A stretch of 63,199 nt of DNA, counting the filler, from Atractiella rhizophila (Eukaryota), in the NCBI GenBank assembly GCA_021432655.1. It is 4 parts of 4 records of this genome, joined end to end, with 100 filler letters (N's around TTAATTAATTAA, not from the genome) between each part and the next. Parts side by side here need not be neighbours in the genome. Positions count along the whole stretch, not along the records: positions 30,163 to 55,070 come from MU271662.1; positions 55,171 to 60,604 come from MU271676.1; positions 60,705 to 63,199 come from MU271727.1; 1 more part is not named here. One strand, 5' to 3'. The translations under genes were made by a program, and so were the position numbers. Positions within the stretch are counted from its first letter, which is position 1. Every line of letters starts with the position of its first letter. Positions 54,569 through 63,199 of this stretch are shown piece after piece. The notes below the pieces were generated by a model. That model made no database searches. It had not been told where the DNA came from and saw nothing but the letters and a program-made list of their open reading frames with translations.

Positions 54569-54745
54569 CTTGGGTGCTGAAGAGGCACTGAAAGGTGCGA
54601 AGAAGGGGCTTTGACCTTTTTGGTTTTGGATGGATGGGACAGGTGGAGGTGTAGGTAGACAATTTTTCGTAGTGTTCATAGTCTTCAAACTAAGGCGTGT
54701 CATTTATTTATTTTTCAACTTTCTTTGGAAAGAACAAAAGATAGG

Positions 54746-55070
54746 ATGAGTTCCACTTCTTCCCTTTATCGCAGTCTCCTGCGCTCTGTCCCGCGCACTT
54801 CTCCAATTCGCCCATCCCTACGGTCTTTCGTCGCCTCTGCGCCGCCGGTTGCAGTGAGGAGTATGGTGTTGTACTTGCAGGCAGAGAAAGAACATGAGGT
54901 TCGCATCAGTCTACACCGTGTTTTCGAAATGTTATTGAAATCAAGAATAGGAACTCATGCTACGGTATCACCCCGCCTTTAGCTTGACGGAGGAGGAGAG
55001 GATAAGGCTTACCGCCAGAAGGGTGGGGTTGGACGTGCCCGAGGAACGAAAGGAGTCCGAAGTGGAGGAG
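54746..55070 (+). CDS. FMC1: ATP synthase assembly factor Fmc1 (3' end cut by gap)
   Basis: SLYRSLLR.., LYLQAEKEHE|ELMLRYHP..LTEEERIRLTARRVGLDVP. Confidence 0.8.
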
Positions 55071-55220
55071 NNNNNNNNNNNNNNNNNNNNNNNNNNNNNN
55101 NNNNNNNNNNNNNNTTAATTAATTAANNNNNNNNNNNNNNNNNNNNNNNNNNNNNNNNNNNNNNNNNNNNCCCCTCGGTCAAACACGCATCGGACACGAG
55201 GTGACTTCCTCCTATTTTGA

Positions 55221-57057
55221 CATGGCAGTTTGTATGTGTTATAAGGGCAGTAACAGTCGATGTTCAAATTCGTTGCACTGCGTGGTTGTAGGGGCCGAGC
55301 CAGGTCCCTAGTGTTTGGTGCGAGAGGGAGAGGGTCCTTCGTAACGGGCGACGGACGGATCACTTGCCTAGTCCAGCACCAGACCGGCGCACTTCACGCT
55401 TTAGCCCGCCTCCGTCGCCACCTATTCTCCCTATCCTCTCCTTCTCCTACTTCTCGGGCCGCCCCTACCGCTCCTCGCCCATTTCCACCCTGAAACCTCC
55501 CTTGGACGCTCAACCTTGGCTTCCGTAACACCTCGAACCTTTGCTCTGAACAACCGTTGGGTTACCGAATGTAACTATGACCTCCTTTTTCGTGTGGCAG
55601 ATATTACAATTCACAGACGTCTAAAACTCGTCTAGGTGGAGGAACTACGTTGAGAAAGAGGGTCTGCAACGGATTGGTGACAAATTTCTCTCCCCTCTGT
55701 CCTCCCTCTCCAGACTACCTCCTCTCCATTCGTTCCCTGAACGCCGCTCACACAGGGAGATACACCGACTTCCCTCCTCCTGTCTATCCACCTTCACAAG
55801 ATCTCTCGCTCGACTTCCTCAGGAACAAAACCATCCTCATCCTTGGCGATTCGGTCGATAGACAAAGCGTGGAATTCTTCGCTCCACAGGTTGGGGAGGC
55901 GTTTCCGAGACGATTCGATTATTCTGATTATAATAGTCAACCAAAGGAGGGATGGGATCATAGAAGTGTACCACATGAGGTGAGAGTGGAGAAGCTAGGG
56001 TTGAGCGTCGTCAATGGATTCTTTTATGGAATGGTACGCTCTTCATCCCTTACTACGACCACCGTACCTCCTTGCGCCAACCCCTCAAGCCTCCATTCTC
56101 TGGAAAGGATGTTGATGATGTGACAGGATGATGTCCGTGAATTCTCCTATGCGGCAGATTGGCACGCTCCTGGCTCGTTTGAGGAGAGATTACACGAACT
56201 CTACGTCCCGATGATTCGCTCAATGGAAGAAAACGGACGACCCAGTCCTTCCTTCATCAGCTTACACAGCGGGATGTGGGACCTCGCCTTCTGTACGTCC
56301 TTCAGTCTCCTCACTTTCACATTCACAAATATAATATAAATTGTCAACAGTCGGAAGGCGCGACAAGAAGTTCTCCCTCTCCCTCCGTCGTCCTCTCACC
56401 GAAGCACGCACACGATGGTGGTCCACCCGCTTCCGGTCCTCGATTCGAGCGCTGAAGGCGGCTTTTCCAGAAGCGAAGATTTGGGTCAGGGGGTTGCACC
56501 GGGTGGGAGACAATTGGGCGGCAAGCTTCGATTGGAGCGCGGGGGTGGACATGGGTTCGTTTCCCACCTCACCTTCCTGCGAATGGAGAGATACATATAT
56601 GAGGACTGTTGTTGATGGGATGTGTAGCGAACGGTGGAGGATTTTCCAACTTCTTTACCGACGTGCGAATCGCACAGTTGAGAGCGCTCGCGAAGCAGGT
56701 GGCGAGAGAGGAAGGAGTGCCGTATTTCGATTTTGGCGAAGGTTCGATGTCCCCCCTCGATTTTCGGAGCAGGTCTGATGGATGTTGTGATGGGATAGCT
56801 TGGGAGGGATGGCAACGCTTCCAGGACAAAGTCCACCCTCACCCTTTCCCCGGAGGTCCCATCATCTCACAAGCCCTGATGCATCATGTGTGGATGGAAG
56901 AGTGCGTCCTTCTCTCCCGTATCCTCTCACAGTCATCGTGATTTCTTGGTTCGCTGATATTTGTTTATTACTGGCTTGCAGGATGGGAAGGGAGAATTGG
57001 CAAGTGAGAGATTGTCAGTTCATCAAGGGTTGCGGATCGATGGCCACGGGCGATTAA
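55221..57057 (+). CDS. Cap64/Cas3-like SGNH-fold protein (putative polysaccharide acyl-modifying enzyme); start uncertain
   Basis: DFLRNKTILILGDSVDR (GDS motif), HSGMWDLAF, FQDKVHP (DxxH). Confidence 0.6.
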
Positions 57058-58199
57058 GAAACGTAACGGAGGTGAGTATCGTTTTTTTGGGCTGTAATAA
57101 CTCAGATGGCTCGATTCTCATCATTCTGTTCTTCAGTTACGTCTCAATATGACCTCGCACTACGCGTTCAGGCCACGTTGGTACAGGTGCGAGCTATGTA
57201 GCAGGAGTGGCTGACCGGTTTGATTGCAATGCGACCGCGTTGCACTATAGCATTGCATATACTGCAGATTAATCTAAACCCCGTCCCTATCGCGAAAGCA
57301 GAGTTGTTCTTGTGGGACCTCTGGGCCAGAAAGTTGCAGCCTGGCGTAGTAAATTTGTTCATATCTCTTCCGTACGTCCTGGTTATAAGTAACATCGAAC
57401 TCAACGGAATCTGTTTCATACCAGTCTGAGCAGAATATGGCTATTGGGAAGTGTGAAAAAAAAAGCAACTACCAGATGCCCTTTGCACGTAGCTTGAAGA
57501 TATGACGAAACCTGAAAATTCGACGAAACATGGACATTCGAACCATTTCAACCGTAATCAATAAGAGGAATAGAGGTCAAAACTGTGCGGATGAAGGTGA
57601 ACCGGTTGGAAGAGAATATGCCAAACGCTGGCTGCAAGCGTAGGTTTCTCTAAGATGGATGGAGACGTAGAGAAGTCTAGACTTTTGAGGTACTGTGTGC
57701 TACTCGAGAGAAGTTTGCTCGAACAGTAGGCAAAAGAAAAACTCCCGTGTGTCCATCTAGACTGTTCGCAGGGGCGAGGATTGCGATCGATGAGAAGGCT
57801 TTACTATAAAATACTTGAATGGGGCAACGCCTGTCCCTAATCTTTTTCCCACCTTCCATTGTAAAGGTGGATGAGTTTCTTGCCCCGTGTGACTCAGTCG
57901 TGTAGGTTCCAGATTGAGCTAAGTTTTCGAAGCTGAATCGACAAGCTCGCTCCAAAGTCGAGCGTTGAATTCAGGGGACGTGAACATTCCAGTGAAAAGC
58001 GCCATTTGTTTGCTCTGGGCCGTGTTGACTTAGCATGGGCAGAAGGAATGAGCCATCTAGTGAGTGTTAATGAGACCAAAGGAGAGCTAGAGGATTTCTA
58101 AATTGTCCAGTCATCTGAAAAGCTGACAACGGTGCAGACCTGCAAAAAAACGAACGGTGAAGAATACCAATATTTCTTCTTGCTTCAACATTTTCGCCA

Positions 58200-59165
58200 T
58201 CAAGAGATGTGAACTTCCAACAGCGCTAGTTCCTTCAAATATTTTATTCCCTCATCAGTAGAGGTTATCGCTCTACGTATGTTATTACCGAGCTCTAGCT
58301 TCTTCAAAGATTTCCACGCTCCGTGCATCTTCTGCTCATGCAAGAGAAAAATTCCACAAAGTCCAAATATTTGGCTGATGTCAGTAGTGTTATCGATAAT
58401 TGGGAACTGTTGGGTGGACCGGGCCAACAAAGTATTGACAGCCATACAAGCGAGAACATTTGGGTCGCTGTTTTGAGAAAAGATGAGATTGGCAGCATCT
58501 GCACCAAGGGTTTCCTCTGTTTGACGATAAACCTGGTCGTGCGTGAGTCCACAATTTGCTATCTCCCTTTCCCACAACAGCGTTTCGATTGGAGAGGCCG
58601 AGAGATCTTCGAAAATTGTTCGAAGTTTCTCGTGATATTGCAGCAGAAAATACGTTTCGTTAGGTTGATCCCAAACAGTCACTCGTTTCAACTGAGGATA
58701 TTTTGTGCGCTCAAGAAACGGTTCCATTAAAATCACGATAAAATGATAAACCTCCAGTTCTTGCAACGTACCAAAGCATAAGCGCATGATGCTAAGGACC
58801 GCCGTCCAGTCCATACATCTCTCTTTCATTCGCCAGTGAGATTGCGAGCTCCGAATCTGCAGTTTTCGGATGTTTCCGACAGCAGGCAGAGGAGGGAAAA
58901 ATTGCAACAGAGCTGGAATCACAAGGGTCAGATCATCTATGACACTCAATCTGTCCAAGATGCAGTTCCCATGTGGCAACAAGCCCGCGAAAGCATTGGG
59001 CTCATATAGGCCCCCAAAATAGTCAGTCCAGAGCTCTACCGCACGTATCTTGGGGTTTGGGATCACTCTTTTGAGAGCAAAGAGTGCCCTATCACGATCT
59101 TGGGGGAAAGAAAATGCATCGTTATCGAACACCTGAATCTTCAGCATGATCGGATGTAGGGCCAA
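58200..59165 (-). CDS. Hypothetical F-box/LRR-associated-like protein (5' part not found)
   Basis: ~320-codon frame with Leu-rich repeats (LQELEV, LKRVTV, LKKLEL); a CAG acceptor near 59166 suggests missing upstream exons. Confidence 0.5.
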   Translation of the reverse strand: MALHPIMLKIQVFDNDAFSFPQDRDRALFALKRVIPNPKIRAVELWTDYFGGLYEPNAFAGLLPHGNCILDRLSVIDDLTLVIPALLQFFPPLPAVGNIRKLQIRSSQSHWRMKERCMDWTAVLSIMRLCFGTLQELEVYHFIVILMEPFLERTKYPQLKRVTVWDQPNETYFLLQYHEKLRTIFEDLSASPIETLLWEREIANCGLTHDQVYRQTEETLGADAANLIFSQNSDPNVLACMAVNTLLARSTQQFPIIDNTTDISQIFGLCGIFLLHEQKMHGAWKSLKKLELGNNIRRAITSTDEGIKYLKELALLEVHIS

Positions 59166-59560
59166 CTGCAGCAAATAACTTTGGCCCGAGCTCTCCTCTC
59201 CAAGGTTAAAGTGCTTGTTCTCGACGAGGTAGGTTCTCTGACGTTATCCACATATCAAAATTCACAATCAAAACAGGCAACATCGAACATGGATACAGTC
59301 ACTGATGCATTGATACAAAAGGCAATCCGAGAGGGATTTGCCGGACAAACTGTCATCACAGTGGCGCACCGAATTAAAACAATCATTGATTATGACCACG
59401 TCTGTTCATTTACTGCTCATGCGTGTGACCATGCTTACACGTGATGTAGGTCTCGGTCCTTTCAGCTGGAGAAGTGGCAGAGTTTGGCTGCCCACAAGAC
59501 TTGCTAAAGGATCCAACGAGCAAGTTTTGGGCTCTGGCACATGAAGCTGGAGAGGTATAA
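59160..59560 (+). pseudogene. Orphan 3' fragment of an ABCC (MRP-type) transporter NBD2
   Basis: [60 protein letters not shown]|..GEVAEFGCPQDLL..; no upstream ABC exons recognisable. Confidence 0.75.
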
Positions 59561-59807
59561 TTAGAAAAAACACGATGTTTTTACACTTCAAGTTATAGTT
59601 AATTTAGACGGCTTGAATATTTAGAACTCAGCACAATGAAGAGTGAAGCAGCCTATGAGGAGAAGTGAAGCATAGGACTGGAGTACTTCCAAAGTAGACA
59701 TCCTGTGTTGTAAATTCTCTAGTACAAGATTACAGGCCGGGTAGTGATAGCACATTTCATTGATCTGGACATTTTCTTCCTAATTGCAGCCAGCTGGACA
59801 AGACAGC

Positions 59808-60604
59808 ATGGAATCGTACAACACGGATCCTCCCTCGCCTCCACGCGCGGTGATAACAGCAGCGAGCTCTTCAAAAGTGGCTTCGCGGTTCGTTACCGAA
59901 ACAGATGTGAAAGCAGCCCAGGAACGAAGGAAAGCAGAATGGGAAGAGACTTACAAGCGTATGGGCCAGGTATGACCACATTATCAACTACCTAGATATG
60001 CTGAATTGTAAATCCGTTTTGAGGAACCTCCTCCAATGACTGAGCAAGAAGACTATGATCCTAGAAGTCTGTTTGAACGTTTGAAGTCGAATAAGGATAA
60101 GAAGCAGGAGGAGTTTGAGGAAATGATTAAGTTCAGTGAGTCTATCGTGAGCTTAAGGTGGACCGGGGACGGAGCGGCAAGAAATCTTCTGTTGTTGCCA
60201 TTCTACTTGAACGTTCTGTCTACTTTGCGTCCGAGCGAAAGGGGAGAGCCACAGCAAGTGGCACATCCAATCTGCCATAATATTCCAGTATTACATGGTG
60301 CCTGCACATTCTAGCAAGCACCAGCTCGTCGAGATAGTCGTGTTTCTAGGGAACCCTTGACCGGCTTCAACCCCGGTTTGATCTGAATGAATGCTGACAG
60401 AAGGCTACAGAGAATCAGTTCCGTGCATTGGACGAAGACGAAATTGGCTTCCTTGACTCCATAACCGAAGAACAAACAGCCGCGGATCTGGAGCGTGAGC
60501 GCGAGATCGAAAGCGAACTCTCAAGTTTCCGAAAGTTAGTGTGGCGCTTCCATCTCGCCTTCAATAACGTGGTATAGAGCAGTTGCCGCCAAAACAACCG
60601 ATGA
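59808..60604 (+). CDS. FAM192A/PIP30/Fyv6-family nuclear protein (3' end cut by gap)
   Basis: SRFVTE..RRKAEWEETYKRMGQ|EPPP..YDPRSLFERLKSNKDKKQEEFEE..F|KNQFRALDEDEIGFLDSI. Confidence 0.85.
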
Positions 60605-60704
60605 NNNNNNNNNNNNNNNNNNNNNNNNNNNNNNNNNNNNNNNNNNNNTTAATTAATTAANNNNNNNNNNNNNNNNNNNNNNNNNNNNNNNNNNNNNNNN
60701 NNNN

Positions 60705-63199
60705 AATACTATCCTAACAAGTGGAAATGCTTCACTACGGCGATATTAAGAAAGCCTAAGAAGCCCGACTACTCCCTCCCCAAAGCCTACCGTCCAATCG
60801 CCCTCCTCAAGTGTTTAGCTAAAGTGTTTGATGGAGTTCTAGCAGCGAAGCTATCTTACTACGCCGAAAACCACGACCTGTTACCCCAGCAACACTTCGG
60901 AGGAAGACCAGGTCGTAGCACCACCGATGCTCTTGTGACGGTGGTGGAGTTCATCATGGAGGCTTAGCGAAAAGGTGAGGTGGTGGCGGCAGCCTTCTTA
61001 GACATCAAAGGAGCGTTTCCATCTGTCATCCATGAACACCTGGTTTCTAACCTTCGCAAAGCAAAGGTCGATCCGCACTTCTGCGAAGTGATATTATCAT
61101 GGCTCACCGGTCGTTCCACTTCTTATTCATTTGACGGCTTCTCCTCCCACCAACTTCCTATTCCGATCGGGCTGGTCCAAGGTTCCCCTCTTTCTCCTAT
61201 CCTCTTCCTCTTCTACATCTCTCCCCTCCTCCGACTTGCATCGCGAGACAACTCACTCTCAGTAGGTTTCATCGACGACTCCTCTGTGCTAGTCAAGTCT
61301 GCTTCGGCAGTACTGGCTATCAGAGATCTGGAGGACATCCTGGTGGATGCAGAGGAGTGGGGAGAGAAACATGGGGCTTTGTTCGAAAGAGACAAAACTA
61401 AGTTTGTTCTCTTCACTCGCAATCGCAAGAGGATAACTACTAGTCTTAGATTGCGGTTCGGCGGCGAGGTGATTAGGTCGTCGGATAGCGCGACACTCCT
61501 TGGTGTCATTCTTGACAAGGAGCTCCGCTGGAAGCAGCAGCTCTCTTCGATCGAGGAGAAGGGCCGCAAGCGCCTTATGGCAATCGCTTCACTATCCAAG
61601 ACGACGGAAGGCATACCTCTTGCCCAATTCCGTCGTCTATACACCTCAACCGTCTGCGCCGCCACTGACTATGCCGCCATCATTTGGCACCAACCTCACA
61701 TCCACTCTGCGATAGTACAAAGGCTGGAGACCCTCCACCACCTGGCTCAGCGTATAATGCTGGGTGCGCTCAAGTCCTCACCCATCCCCGCCCTCGGCTA
61801 TGACTCTAACCTACCAGATCCCATTGTCCGCTTGGACAGAGCCATCTTTCGCAGCGCATTGCGCCTTCTTACTTTACCCAATTCTAACCCTGCAGGAGCG
61901 CGGGCCCGTGACTGCAGGGACAGCTTTCCTAGATCTTTTCCTTCCACTCTTCACAAAATTTTTCATCGCTCTTCTATCTCCTTCCCCCCCGACCTCGAAG
62001 TCCTTCTCCCGCTCCCACTTCCCCCTTCCTTCTTACCCAACTTCTCCACGCTCATCCCTGACTCTAAAGAAGCTGCGCTAGATGCGTACAAAGTGGTAGC
62101 TAACAACAGGACGGACCTTCACATCTTTACAGATAGCTCACTCACGGAGGATGGGCTGGCGGCGGCGGCACTGGAGGTGGAATCAGGATGGGATTCGGTG
62201 ATCAGGATAGGGGATTCGAATCGCAACTCAGTCTTTGAAGGGGAACTCACGGGGATCCGCATCGCCCTTGGTCGGATAGCTCAGTTTGATGAGGACATCC
62301 CTCCGAATGTGATCATCTTCTCGGACAGCCAGAGCGCAATCAAGGCGCGAGAAGGTCACACCAAGAATCACCCGGGACAGCACATCCAACTGGACATCCA
62401 CTCTCGCTTCCGTACTATTTCCAATCTCATGCCAGAAGTGCGCTTCCGTCTCCAGTGGATCCCTGGTCACTTGGAAATCGAGGGAAACGAGCTCGTCGAC
62501 AATCTAGCCAAAGGAGCTACAAAGAGGAACGACATCCCTCCGCCATATCCCTTTCCATTCAGCCCCTCCAACCTCTCCGCCGCCATCCGTGCCTATTCCC
62601 CTCCCAGCCCAGAACACCCTCCCGTCTCAGGCAAACACCACATTAAAGCTAGAGGCGAACTCTCCTCGAGCAAGACATACAAGATGCTAGCAAGCCTCCC
62701 TCGTCCAGTCGCTTCGGTAGTTGTCCAGCTCAGGTCGGGACACGTGGGACTCGGGGACTACCTGCACCGTTCTGCGGTGCAGGAGTCCCCTCTTTGTGAG
62801 CACTGTCGCTCTCGTGAAACGGTAAAGCACTATCTGCAATTTTGTAGGAAATACAAACGCCACCGGGAAGTCCTCAAGGCGACACTGGCTAAAGGAGGTA
62901 TCAGAATCACAAGTAACGCCTCACTGCTCGCCAACCCCGACGCTCTCCCTCCGCTATGGAAGTTCATCAGGGCTACGGGCAGGTTCTCATGGCATGCTCG
63001 CTCTACGGAACGGATCCTTCGTTACAAGAAGGCCAACCACGACGCCAAACGTTCGGAACAGGCTCGGGAGGGTATAGGCTAATGCCCCCTCTCGAGCCCG
63101 AACAAGCTAAGCGTTCTTAGTTCTTTACTTTAAGTTTTCAACGTCACTCCACATTTCTTCAATAATTTCTCCTCTTCTGCTTGTACAACAGTGTACTTT
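60705..63199 (+). mobile_element. Tad-clade-like non-LTR retrotransposon ORF2 (RT, RNase H, CCHC), 5' end lost in gap
   Basis: AYRPIALL, QHFGGRPGRSTTDA, FLDIKGAF, GLVQGSPLSPILF, FIDD, LLGVILD; RNase H IFTDSS/FEGEL/FSDSQ/WIPGH..GNELVD; C..C....ETVKHYL..C; single in-frame TAG at 60965-60967. Confidence 0.93.

Overview
Gene-dense eukaryotic DNA, most likely a basidiomycete fungus (short ~50-60 bp spliceosomal introns, a Dnmt5-type methyltransferase, a Cap64/Cas3-like protein). It is a draft scaffold with N gaps, artificial TTAATTAATTAA spacers and homopolymer frameshifts. About 30 mostly intron-rich genes were reconstructed by hand. Housekeeping: lysyl-tRNA synthetase 3' end, Lsm2, SmD2, SF3A2, FAM192A/Fyv6, ETF-beta, mitochondrial uL5m, bS16m and EF-Tu, Fmc1, complex I 21.3 kDa subunit, aspartyl aminopeptidase, CaMK-like kinase. 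Enzymes: two peroxisomal (PTS1) enzymes, a GH71 alpha-1,3-glucanase fused to CBM20, a GH15-CBM20 glucoamylase, a CE5 cutinase, an FAD oxidoreductase and Dnmt5. Other elements: a two-unit (29/33 bp) minisatellite, a near-identical 1.7 kb duplicate that is probably a misassembly, an orphan ABCC 3' fragment and a Tad-like LINE. The most interesting leads are (i) a compact GH71-CBM20 / EamA transporter / GH15-CBM20 trio, a candidate alpha-glucan utilisation locus, and (ii) unusual splicing architecture: a 3-nt Lys microexon followed by a GC donor, at least five frame-supported GC-AG introns, introns closed by inverted repeats, and a GAG acceptor plus a long structured intron in the 3'-splice-site factor FAM192A/Fyv6. 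All family assignments come from motif recognition by eye; no database search was run.
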